DNA from: a virus
Taxonomy: Duplodnaviria; Caudoviricetes
Strand: one strand, 5' to 3'
Length of the DNA stretch: 54,486 nucleotides
IMG/VR virus record: IMGVR_UViG_3300031957_002087
Location: 1-54,486 of that record
Under the pieces are notes generated by a model. That model was not told the origin of the DNA and searched no databases. It saw only the letters and a list, made by a program, of their open reading frames with translations. Below, in pieces: positions 7,827-16,552 of the stretch (position 1 is its first letter; each line of letters opens with the position of its first letter). A program made the position numbers and the translations under genes.

Positions 7827-9691
7827 TGCTCCACTACACGCTTGACGACCTGCGGGCCCTGCCCCGGGAGCGCAAGGAGATCGTCGCACAGATCCTCGCC
7901 GAGAAGGAGCGGCGCCGGGCGCAGCGGATGTTCTTCCGCCTGTTCCCCGACGAAGACACGCGCCAGCCCGACGGTTCGATCATCTATGCCCGGGAGAAAT
8001 ACCCGAAGCACCTCGAGTTCTTCAACGCGAGCGCGAAATACCGCGAGACCTGCTTTCTGGCTGCCAACCGTGTCGGAAAGGCGCTTCGCAACGGCACGCC
8101 GGTCGCAACGCCTGGCGGGTGGGCGTCGATAGAGACGCTGAAGGTCGGCGATGCGGTTGTAGCCGGCGACGGGACCATCACGACCGTGACGGGAGTCTAC
8201 CCCCAGGGCGTCAAGCCGCTCTATCGGCTGACGTTCGATGTGGGCGAAACGATCGACTGCTGCGGGGAGCATCTGTGGAAGTATCAGCATCCGCGGTCGC
8301 GCTATGCATATCGCCGCAGCCACGGTGTGACGGAGGCTAACCCATTCCACGGCGAATGGCGGGTTGCGGACACTGAAACGATCCTGAAGGAAGTCGGATC
8401 GAACCCCATCCCAAGAATGCGAGTGGTCATGCCGACGTCACGGCCTTGGCAGTTGGCAAAGCGACAAGTGCCGGTCGACCCGTATCTGCTTGGCGCTCTG
8501 CTTGGAGACGGAACGCTTAGGGGGGGGGTCAGTTTTGCCACGGTTGACCAAGAGATGGTTGAGACGGTTCGGGGAGCGTTGCCGGCAGGCCTTGCGATTA
8601 AGCACTCCGGCGGTTGTGACTACGGCCTCTGCAAGTCCGAAGGTCGAGTCCGTAACTCCAGGGGCCAGTTCTTTAGCGACCATTCGCTAATCAACGACCT
8701 TCGGCATCTGGGCGCCTTCGGTACACTGGCCTCCGAGAAACACGTGCCTCGGGACTATCTTCTGAACGATGTGCCAACCCGCCTTGGGGTCCTTCAGGGC
8801 CTGATGGATACCGATGGCAGCATCACCAAGACCGGTGCCATGGAGTTTTCTTCGGTATCCACCAGGCTTATCGAGGATGTCAAATTCCTCGTTCACTCCC
8901 TGGGTGGCAAGGCCACGGTCGAAGCCAGGCAGACATACTACACCCACAATGGTGAGCGCAGGGCAGGGCAGCCAAGCTACCGCCTGCACATCCGGCTTAA
9001 CATCTGCCCCTTCCGGCTCACGCGGAAGGCAGAGCGCTGGAACCCGAGACGCAACACGGCAGATCGGGTGCTCCACCGCATCGAGGACGCATCCTCCGGC
9101 GAAGCGACATGCATTTCCGTCGCACATCCCGATCGAACGTTCGTCACGGACCACGGAATCGTCACCCACAACACCTGGGCCGGCGCCTATTCGATGACCT
9201 GCCACCTGACCGGGCTTTATCCTGACTGGTGGACGGGAAGGCGGTTCGATCAGCCGATCAGGGCCTGGGCGGCCGGCAAGACCAACGAGACGACGCGCGA
9301 CATCGTGCAGGCGTCTCTGCTGGGGGAAATATCGTTCGAGGGTCCGCGCAAGATCGTCTCGGGCACTGGAATGGTGCCGGGCCATCTGCTCGGTCAGCCG
9401 ACATGGAAGAAGGGCGTCCCCGATCTCGCCGACACGATCAAGGTCCGGCATGTCTCGGGCAAATGGTCCCGCCTCGGGCTGAAGTCCTACGAGCAGGGTC
9501 GCGGATCGTTCGAAGGCACCGCGCAGCATGTGATCTGGGTCGACGAGGAATGCCCGCTCGACGTCTACGGCGAGTGCCTTATACGCACCGCGACCACCAA
9601 CGGGATCATCGTGCTGACGTTCACGCCGCTCGCCGGTCTCAGTGAGACGGTCATGCAGTTCATGCCGACCGAAGACCGCCCCGGAATCTGA
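7826..9691 (+). CDS. terL: Terminase large subunit, ATPase half (P22 gp2-like), intein-containing
   Basis: AANRVGK|T Walker A, HLTGLYPDWW.G.RF, KSYEQGR..FEG, Walker B IWVDEECP, coupling motif TFTP. Stops shortly after TFTP. Confidence 0.92.
   Translation: MLHYTLDDLRALPRERKEIVAQILAEKERRRAQRMFFRLFPDEDTRQPDGSIIYAREKYPKHLEFFNASAKYRETCFLAANRVGKALRNGTPVATPGGWASIETLKVGDAVVAGDGTITTVTGVYPQGVKPLYRLTFDVGETIDCCGEHLWKYQHPRSRYAYRRSHGVTEANPFHGEWRVADTETILKEVGSNPIPRMRVVMPTSRPWQLAKRQVPVDPYLLGALLGDGTLRGGVSFATVDQEMVETVRGALPAGLAIKHSGGCDYGLCKSEGRVRNSRGQFFSDHSLINDLRHLGAFGTLASEKHVPRDYLLNDVPTRLGVLQGLMDTDGSITKTGAMEFSSVSTRLIEDVKFLVHSLGGKATVEARQTYYTHNGERRAGQPSYRLHIRLNICPFRLTRKAERWNPRRNTADRVLHRIEDASSGEATCISVAHPDRTFVTDHGIVTHNTWAGAYSMTCHLTGLYPDWWTGRRFDQPIRAWAAGKTNETTRDIVQASLLGEISFEGPRKIVSGTGMVPGHLLGQPTWKKGVPDLADTIKVRHVSGKWSRLGLKSYEQGRGSFEGTAQHVIWVDEECPLDVYGECLIRTATTNGIIVLTFTPLAGLSETVMQFMPTEDRPGI
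8081..9172 (+). mobile_element. Class 3 intein with LAGLIDADG endonuclease (364 aa) in the TerL Walker A
   Basis: Ala1 (ALRNGTPV); block B EHLW; block F ATCISV; block G VTHN|T; LAGLIDADG motifs LLGALLGDG and LQGLMDTDGS. Confidence 0.9.
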
Positions 9692-9703
9692 GCGAGGCCA
9701 CGG

Positions 9704-9937
9704 ATGAGCGATCAGCGGGTCAGGGTGACCGGGATATCCGGCATTGTCGCGATGGTCGTGCATGAGGGCCGGCTGATCGTCGCCACCGACGACGGGCTCT
9801 ACCAGGTCATCGGCAGCCAGATGCACCGCATGGAATTGCTCGCCGAGCCGGTCGTGGTCGAGTCCGAGCGGTTCGCCGTTGCCGAGACAAGGCGCCGGGT
9901 TCCGCCCGATCCCCTGCTACCCGAAAGGAAAGCCTGA
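9704..9937 (+). CDS. Hypothetical protein
   Basis: GAGG RBS; TGATG coupling to the next gene. Confidence 0.6.
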   Translation: MSDQRVRVTGISGIVAMVVHEGRLIVATDDGLYQVIGSQMHRMELLAEPVVVESERFAVAETRRRVPPDPLLPERKA

Positions 9938-10236
9938 TGGCAAATCTGTATGTCACACAGTATTCTGGAATTGTCGGGATGCCTGGGGCTGGGCCGCAGT
10001 GTCCGGTTGAGCCGGCGCTGGCGAACGAAGTTGTTTCATTCACCACGTCTGCGGCCTCTGCGGCATTCTCTGACGCTTGCGGTCTGGTCCGGGTCGTGGC
10101 GGACGCCGATTGCCACATTCTCGTCTCCAGCGCCCCAACGGCTACGACAAGCCACATGAAGCTGGTCGCAACCGAGCCATATTTCTTCCAGCCCCGTTCG
10201 TCCGGACTAAAAGTCGCAGCTGTGGCCGCGGCCTGA
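9937..10236 (+). CDS. Small beta-rich phage protein, possible fibre base/adaptor
   Basis: AAGGAA RBS, coupled at both ends; Ala/Ser/Thr/Val-rich. Confidence 0.65.
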   Translation: MANLYVTQYSGIVGMPGAGPQCPVEPALANEVVSFTTSAASAAFSDACGLVRVVADADCHILVSSAPTATTSHMKLVATEPYFFQPRSSGLKVAAVAAA

Positions 10237-12074
10237 TGAACAGGGGTTTTCTCGGCCTCTACAGCCCGCTCGTCGGCAAGTGGGGCTTATTCGGCGCGGC
10301 CACGGCTGCGGGGTCTTATCTCGGCAATGAACCCTCGGGCCTCGCCATCGACTTTACCGAAAACAGCGCACTGGTGCGGGGGCACACGACGAACTTCTCC
10401 GGTCAACCCGTTGACCTCCTGACCTACACCGCGCCTAGCCCCAAGATGACCTACGGGTCCGATGGGGTGCTGAGGTATGCGCGGCATAATCTGCTGACGT
10501 ATTCGGAGGACTTTGCCAACGCAGCGTGGGGGAGCTACAACAACAACACTATTACAACAAACCAGATAGCAAGCCCGACAGGCGCTATTACAGCCGACAA
10601 GATCACAGAAAATTCTGCTACTTCGACGCATCATACTGCGCAAACAGCTGCAATTTTTGCAGTTGGCGCGAGAACTGTATGCTCAGTATACGCCAAGGCT
10701 GGAGAACGAAATTGGCTGTATTTCACTGGGTTTAATGACAGTAATCTTGGGGCATGGTTTAATCTATCGACAGGCTCTGTAGGCACTCGTCAATCGCTCA
10801 ACATTGCGGCATCAATAGAGGATGCTGGTGATGGCTGGTACAGGTGTTCTATCACGTTCGCACCGACGAAGGCTAACCCTTACATTGGTCTGGCTATCGC
10901 ACAGTCTGACAATACGTCTAGCTACCTTGGGGATGGATCGTCTGGGTTGTATATCTGGGGGGCACAAGTTCAGTTAGCTCCGACCAATTCCACCACCTAC
11001 CTCCCGACGACTTCCGCAGCCCGCTACGACCTCCCCTACGACTATGATCCGGTGACGCTTGCGGCCAAGGGTGTGCTGATCGAGGAACAGCGGACGAACC
11101 TGAGAACCTATTCGCAGCAGTTCGATAATGTGGCATGGACAAAGTCCAACACGACCGCGACCGCCGATCAGGCAACTGCACCGGATGGCACGCTCACCGC
11201 CGATCTGCTGGCCGAAAACAGCGCAACATCCGAGCACTATCTCCAAGGGACGGTGTTATCGCTCACGGGCTCTTATGTTGCCTCCGTATACGCGAAGCTC
11301 AAACCGGGGAGCACCCGGTATCTTTACATCGGCGAGCGCAGCACGACAGGTACTCAAGTCATCTTTGATCTTGTTAACGGGACAGCGGCGAGCGGTGGAA
11401 CCATCAGGAATGTCGGGAATGGGTGGTATCGATGCAGCCTCAATGGAATCACGCTGACAGCACAGAACTACGGCTTCAGGATTGGCTTGGATGATGATGG
11501 CAGCGCGGCGAGCTACAACTATTCCGGCGACGGCACGTCAGGGGTCTATATCTGGGGCGCTCAACTCGAAGCCGGTTCCTACGCGACCAGCTACATCCCA
11601 ACGGTTGCCTCACAGGTGACTAGGGCGGCGGATGCGATCAGCCTTGCCGGCTCCATGTTCCCGTGGAGTCAGACGGCAGGAATGTTCGCCGTAGAGACAT
11701 CAAGCATCTCCGCTACTGCGGGCACCAATCACGGTGTCGATCTATTAATTAACTCCAGCAACAAAGTTTCTATACGCAACGGCATGATGCTGATGACCTC
11801 TAGTGGGGCCACGCAGTTCTCGCTTTCGCCCGCGGGGATAGGAGCGTCAACCTCCGTTCAAAAGCGGATAGTTACGTGGGCCGAGAATGACGCGGCAGCG
11901 ACGGTAGATGGGAACAACGTCGCCACAGACACCTCAGTTACCTTGTTCGCGGGGACGCCAGAGCTAAGGCTGTCGGTGGATAACACTGGTTTCTACCCCA
12001 ATGGCCACATCGCCAAATTGAAATACCTCCCCCGCCGCGTCACCAACGCAGAACTACAGGCGATGGCAGCATGA
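10236..12074 (+). CDS. Head-spike/fibre-like protein with duplicated CBM/lectin-like domain (612 aa)
   Basis: Two copies of NL..YS..F.N.AW...D...ENSATS.H...SVYAK...GWYRCS...GDG.SG.YIWGAQ; GVLIEEQRTNL and ATSYIPT...VTRAAD motifs. Confidence 0.65.
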   Translation: MNRGFLGLYSPLVGKWGLFGAATAAGSYLGNEPSGLAIDFTENSALVRGHTTNFSGQPVDLLTYTAPSPKMTYGSDGVLRYARHNLLTYSEDFANAAWGSYNNNTITTNQIASPTGAITADKITENSATSTHHTAQTAAIFAVGARTVCSVYAKAGERNWLYFTGFNDSNLGAWFNLSTGSVGTRQSLNIAASIEDAGDGWYRCSITFAPTKANPYIGLAIAQSDNTSSYLGDGSSGLYIWGAQVQLAPTNSTTYLPTTSAARYDLPYDYDPVTLAAKGVLIEEQRTNLRTYSQQFDNVAWTKSNTTATADQATAPDGTLTADLLAENSATSEHYLQGTVLSLTGSYVASVYAKLKPGSTRYLYIGERSTTGTQVIFDLVNGTAASGGTIRNVGNGWYRCSLNGITLTAQNYGFRIGLDDDGSAASYNYSGDGTSGVYIWGAQLEAGSYATSYIPTVASQVTRAADAISLAGSMFPWSQTAGMFAVETSSISATAGTNHGVDLLINSSNKVSIRNGMMLMTSSGATQFSLSPAGIGASTSVQKRIVTWAENDAAATVDGNNVATDTSVTLFAGTPELRLSVDNTGFYPNGHIAKLKYLPRRVTNAELQAMAA

Positions 12075-12514
12075 TCGAGTATCTGATCTGGTCCCCTGAC
12101 CGTGCAACGTTCATCGCCACGATGGAAGCATTGACCAACCCTGTAACCGGCACTCCGCTGGCTGAAATGGTGGAGGGAGTTCTGACCCCCTCTGCTGGCG
12201 TCATGATTGACGAGATAGGTACAGTCACCAAGACCCCCGCAGTCCTCAACGAAAACGGCGAGGAAGTCACCCCGGCAGTCATCGTAGACGGCCACCATGT
12301 CAACATGGGTGCCTATGGCGAGCTTGCCGCCTTGCTCACGTTTGAAATGCCAACCGAGGGTGACGTATTCGAGCGCACCCGCATCCTTGAACTTCTTGGG
12401 GCCATGGCCTCTCAAGTATCGAAAAAGGGTGAGCCCACTGGTCTTGTGGGCACCAGTGGTGTCAAACTCTACGACCCCTCCGCAGTCACCGTCAGAACGA
12501 GGGTTTGGGCTTAA
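12071..12514 (+). CDS. Hypothetical protein, likely partner/chaperone of the fibre protein
   Basis: ATGA overlap; GEEVTPAVIVDGHHVN motif, ends RVWA. Confidence 0.7.
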   Translation: MIEYLIWSPDRATFIATMEALTNPVTGTPLAEMVEGVLTPSAGVMIDEIGTVTKTPAVLNENGEEVTPAVIVDGHHVNMGAYGELAALLTFEMPTEGDVFERTRILELLGAMASQVSKKGEPTGLVGTSGVKLYDPSAVTVRTRVWA

Positions 12515-12526
12515 CCTAAGGCCGGA

Positions 12527-12772
12527 TCAGACGCCAATATAATCGACCTCGGCGCCTTGGTATTTCTCTTCCATCTTGGTGATCGCCAGTTCGAGTTCCT
12601 CGGCGTTCAGGTTTTCGATCTCGTCGAGGGGATCATCGCCGTCGTAACGGACGAGGACGTCATAGAAATCGGGCTCGGCCGGGCGCTCACGGCTGCTGAG
12701 ATCAACAGCCTCTACAATACGTGGAGGGTAGGTGTCAGCCTGGGGGAATAGTATTCTCCAGCACCGTTTCGG
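12527..12772 (-). pseudogene. Start-less acidic reading frame (gene remnant)
   Basis: Open frame ...RPAEPDFYDVLVRYDGDDPLDEIENLNAEELELAITKMEEKYQGAEVDYIGV* with coding-like codons but no standard start after the upstream TAA. Confidence 0.4.
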
Positions 12773-12946
12773 TTAAGCCGGACGGTTCTGGGGACTACAC
12801 CACACTCAAGGCGGCGGTGCCGCTGCTTAGGAGCGTTGCGACGAGTGTCTTCGAGCTTATCGCATGACGCGCCAGCCGAACTCCTGTCTGAATGTCCACC
12901 GTCCCGCATTTGAGCCGATCTGAACCAACCCTAACGGAGCCTGACA

Positions 12947-13012
12947 ATGGGAGAACGCCGCGTTTACCGTGCGATCTGCGACGTTTGCGGCTCGGGTCTC
13001 GCTGATGGGTGA
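12947..13012 (+). CDS. 21-aa CxxC leader ORF overlapping the start of TerL-C
   Basis: GGAG RBS; MGERRVYRAICDVCGSGLADG*; overlaps ATG 13005. Confidence 0.4.
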   Translation: MGERRVYRAICDVCGSGLADG

Positions 13013-13748
13013 GATAAGCTCGTCCAAATACGTTGTTAGGGCGGGCTGGCGGGATGTGCCGCACATCGACGAAAAGACACAGCGCGAACTCCTGGAGGCA
13101 ACTCCTCCTCACCTTCGTGAAGCACGATCCGAAGGCATCCCGTCGATGGGCGCCGGCGCCATCTACCCGGTGCCGCTATCGGAGATCGAGGTCCAGCCCT
13201 TCGCCATCCCGGCCTATTGGCCGAAGGCTTATGCGCTCGACGTCGGCTGGAACCGCACGGCCTGCATCTGGGGAGCCAAGGAGCCGTCGACCGGCGTGCT
13301 CTACCTCTACGCCGAACACTATCGCGGCGAGGCGGTGCCCGAGGTCCATGCCGCGGCGATCAAGGCGCGTGGTGAGTGGATCCGGGGAGCGATCGATCCG
13401 GCGGCGCGCGGGCGCCAGCAGAAGGACGGCGAGCAGCTTCTGGCGACCTATCAGGGGCAGGGGCTGAAGCTTGTTCCCGCCGCCAACGCGGTCGACGCCG
13501 GGCTCTACGCGGTGTGGAGTCTGCTTGAGATCGGGCGGCTGAAGATTTTCTCGACACTGCAGAACTTCAAGAACGAATACCGGGTCTACCGGCGCGACGA
13601 GAAGGGCAAGGTCGTCAAGGTGAACGATCACCTGATGGACGCCGGCCGCTACCTCGTCATGACCTGGGACAAGATCGCGACGATCCAGAGGCCGGCGAGC
13701 ACGATCCGTTCGGGCCCGGCCATCGCTGACGAAGTGGCAGGGTATTGA
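13005..13748 (+). CDS. terL: Terminase large subunit, lid + RNase H-like nuclease half
   Basis: KYVVRAGWRDVPHI...REARSEGIPSMGAGAIYP, ALDVGWN, IDPA, NDHLMDAGRY; coupled to portal. Confidence 0.9.
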   Translation: MGEISSSKYVVRAGWRDVPHIDEKTQRELLEATPPHLREARSEGIPSMGAGAIYPVPLSEIEVQPFAIPAYWPKAYALDVGWNRTACIWGAKEPSTGVLYLYAEHYRGEAVPEVHAAAIKARGEWIRGAIDPAARGRQQKDGEQLLATYQGQGLKLVPAANAVDAGLYAVWSLLEIGRLKIFSTLQNFKNEYRVYRRDEKGKVVKVNDHLMDAGRYLVMTWDKIATIQRPASTIRSGPAIADEVAGY

Positions 13749-16135
13749 TGGCTGAAAACTTCCCGACCGACATGCCCGACGCCAGCCAGCCCGGCAGGAG
13801 CGATCCGAAGGCGCTCGGCACCAAGCTCGAAGCCATCGTCGGACGGCTCGCGGCCATCGCCAACAAGCGCGTCGGCGAGCGCCAGTCGCTCGAGGAAGCG
13901 TGGATACTCGACGCCAGCCAGTACCATGGCCGCTACGACACCAAGACCGAACGCGCCTTGAGGGAGGCCGAGAAGTCGCAGCTCTACATCAACCTGACCC
14001 GGCCGAAGACGGACGCGATGTCGGCCCGGTTGATGGACCTGCTGTTCCCGACCGACGACAAGAACTGGGGCATCCAGCCGACACCGGTTCCCCGGCTCAC
14101 CAAGCAGGCGCAGGAGGCCGAGAAGGCTGCAAACGACCTCGCGGCCCGTCTTGCTGAAGCAACGGCCAAGGCGGGGCTGCCAGAGGGGCAGGAACCCGAT
14201 CCGCAACTGAAGGCGCTGCAGGACAAGGCCAACGAAGCCCGCACCAAGGCCGAGCAGTTGCAGATGGTCATTCAGGAAGGCCAGCGGCGCTGCGACCTGA
14301 TGGCGGCCGAGATCGACGACCAGTTGAAGGAGTCGAGCTACCACGCGGTCAAGCGCGACCAGATCGAGGATGCCTGCAAGTTCGGTACCGGCGTCACCAA
14401 GGGCCCGGTTACCGGCGACAAGATGCGCAAGGGCTGGCAGATCGAGAAGGTCCCGGTCACGAACCCGGATGGAACTCCGAAGATCGGGCCCGACGGCCAG
14501 CAGGAAACGCAGGACGGCGGCTACAAGCTGCAGATGACCAACGGCGATCGGCCGGCAATGCGCCATGTCGATCTCTGGTCCTTCTTCCCCGACATGAACG
14601 TCAAGAACATCCAGGACGGCGAGGGCAACTTCGAGCGCCACCTGATGAACGAGAAGAAGATGAAGGGGCTGGCCCGGCTGCCGGGCTTCGACAAGGAGAA
14701 GATCAAGAAGCTGCTCAGGCAGAAGCCGCGGCAGTCAGCACCCTCCTACATGGCCTCGCTGCGCAACATCACGGGCGACAAGCAGGAGATCACCGGAGAC
14801 CTCTACCATGTGTGGGAGTATTCCGGGCCCCTCAGCACCGACGACATGCGCGATCTTGCCCAGGCGGTCGGCGACGATGCGACATTCCAGGAGATGCAGG
14901 AAGTCGACCCGCTGGCCGAGATCAACGCCGTGGTCTGGTTCTGCGACAACGAACTGCTGAAATTCTCTATCTATCCCTACGACTCCGGCGAGTGCATGTA
15001 TTCGGTGTTCAACCTGGTCAAGGACGACAGTTCGGTCTTTGGCTACGGCATCCCGGCCGTCATCCGCGATCCGCAGAAGTCGCTCAATGCCTCATGGCGG
15101 GCGATGATGGACAATGCCGGACTGGCTTCGGGGCCGCAGATCGTCATCGCGACGGAACTGATCGAGCCCGCCGACGGCAACTGGACGATGGCGCCGCGCA
15201 AGATCTGGAAGGCGCTGGCCGGCCTGCCGAAGGAGCATCGCGCATTCGAGACCTTCGATGTGCCGATGCACCAGGTCGAGCTCGCCAATATCATTACGCT
15301 GTCGAAACAATTCATCGACGACATGAGCTCGATGCCGCAGATCGCGCAGGGCGAGCAGGGCGCGGGCACGACCAAGACGGCGCAGGGCATGGCGATCCTG
15401 ATGAACGCCACGAACGTGGTGTTCCGCCGCATCGTGAAGAACTTCGACGACGACGTGACGACGCCCGACATTCGCCGGCTCTACGACTGGAACATGCAGT
15501 TCAACGAGAAGGACGAGATCAAGGGCGACTACGACGTCGATGCCCGTGGCTCTTCGGTGCTGCTGGTTCGCGAGATGCAGGCGCAGACCCTGATGGCGAT
15601 TGCCACCAACCTGGGCGGTCATCCGGTCTATGGCCCGATGCTGAAGAACCGCGACATCCTGCGCAAACTGTTCCAGTCGCTGATGATCCCGTCGGCCGAC
15701 GTGGTCCTGACCGACAACGAGATCGACGCGGTGCTTGCCGCGGCTGCCAACGACAATGCGGTCGCCGAGGCGGAAAAGCGCAAGATGGAACTGGAGAACC
15801 GCAAGCTCGACATCGAGGAAGACCGCATCGGTGCAGAGGTTGCCCGGGCCAACATGGACAACAAGGCCAAGCGCGAGATCGAGATCATCAAGCGGGAGAC
15901 CGAACTGATCAAGCTCGCGGCCACCGGCAACATGAACCTCGACCAGTTGGAGGCGAGGCTGCAGATGCACCGGGAGAAGCTGGACTCCGACGAGCGCAGG
16001 ATGGCTGCCGAGATCGCGGTCGAGCGGCAGAATGCGGAAGAGGCCCGCCAGCGCGGCGAGCAGCCGACCGGCTCGGGCGGGTTCATCTCTGCCGGCGGCA
16101 AGAACGGCAAGACGATCGAAGGGACGCGGGCGTGA
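13748..16135 (+). CDS. Portal protein
   Basis: Follows TerL; INLTRPKT..., FGTGVTKGP, FGYGIP..IRDPQ..LN, long C-terminal coiled coil. Confidence 0.85.
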   Translation: MAENFPTDMPDASQPGRSDPKALGTKLEAIVGRLAAIANKRVGERQSLEEAWILDASQYHGRYDTKTERALREAEKSQLYINLTRPKTDAMSARLMDLLFPTDDKNWGIQPTPVPRLTKQAQEAEKAANDLAARLAEATAKAGLPEGQEPDPQLKALQDKANEARTKAEQLQMVIQEGQRRCDLMAAEIDDQLKESSYHAVKRDQIEDACKFGTGVTKGPVTGDKMRKGWQIEKVPVTNPDGTPKIGPDGQQETQDGGYKLQMTNGDRPAMRHVDLWSFFPDMNVKNIQDGEGNFERHLMNEKKMKGLARLPGFDKEKIKKLLRQKPRQSAPSYMASLRNITGDKQEITGDLYHVWEYSGPLSTDDMRDLAQAVGDDATFQEMQEVDPLAEINAVVWFCDNELLKFSIYPYDSGECMYSVFNLVKDDSSVFGYGIPAVIRDPQKSLNASWRAMMDNAGLASGPQIVIATELIEPADGNWTMAPRKIWKALAGLPKEHRAFETFDVPMHQVELANIITLSKQFIDDMSSMPQIAQGEQGAGTTKTAQGMAILMNATNVVFRRIVKNFDDDVTTPDIRRLYDWNMQFNEKDEIKGDYDVDARGSSVLLVREMQAQTLMAIATNLGGHPVYGPMLKNRDILRKLFQSLMIPSADVVLTDNEIDAVLAAAANDNAVAEAEKRKMELENRKLDIEEDRIGAEVARANMDNKAKREIEIIKRETELIKLAATGNMNLDQLEARLQMHREKLDSDERRMAAEIAVERQNAEEARQRGEQPTGSGGFISAGGKNGKTIEGTRA

Positions 16136-16308
16136 CCCAGACCGAGATGGCCCTGCTGGTCGAGGCGCTGAAGCGGCGTGACCGCGCATCGCTCGCGCGC
16201 CGGGTCGGGCTGATCTGCAAGTTCCTCCCGGCTTCGTGGCTCTCGCTTCGTTACGAGAACTTCGTCAAGCCGGCCAAGATCGTGGCGACGGCGCCGGACC
16301 TGTCATGA
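16132..16308 (+). CDS. Hypothetical protein
   Basis: GTGA/ATGA overlaps at both ends. Confidence 0.5.
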   Translation: MTQTEMALLVEALKRRDRASLARRVGLICKFLPASWLSLRYENFVKPAKIVATAPDLS

Positions 16309-16529
16309 AGATCGAGCCGCACAGCAACACATGGGAAGTGGTGCGCAAGCACGCCCGGGACGGGATCGCGGCGGCCACCAAGCGGCTGGAAACGAACCTC
16401 GACCTGGCCGAGACCAATATCGAGCGCGGCAAGATCATGGCGCTGCGCGACGTCCTTAAACTCGCGGAGCCGACCGATCGCATCCGCGACGAGCAATTGC
16501 GCGCCAGCTTCGACCCGGCGGGCTACTGA
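16305..16529 (+). CDS. Small head-associated hypothetical protein
   Basis: MKIEPHSNTW...ERGKIMALRDVLKL; position between portal and scaffold. Confidence 0.7.
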   Translation: MKIEPHSNTWEVVRKHARDGIAAATKRLETNLDLAETNIERGKIMALRDVLKLAEPTDRIRDEQLRASFDPAGY

Positions 16530-16552
16530 CCTTTCCAACTGGAGGCTGAATA

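Noticed and set aside
10077-10235. Longer N-terminus for the fibre-like ORF
   Set aside because: It overlaps the 99-aa gene; the TGATG-coupled ATG at 10236 is more plausible
12557-12751. Plus-strand 64-aa ORF
   Set aside because: Looks like the antisense shadow of the acidic minus-strand frame
9692-13004. Group I/II intron or split intein rejoining TerL
   Set aside because: GACTA at about 12793 has no matching TAGTC P7 partner, no domain V-like hairpin is visible, the 5' junction runs straight into the next gene, and no intein fragments lie at the split ends
14812-16131. Long alternative-frame ORF in portal and similar antisense ORFs (e.g. 17371-18501, 19228-20784, 34622-36052, 50632-51735)
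   Set aside because: Arg/Gly/Pro-rich shadow frames expected in high-GC coding DNA, with no RBS or motifs
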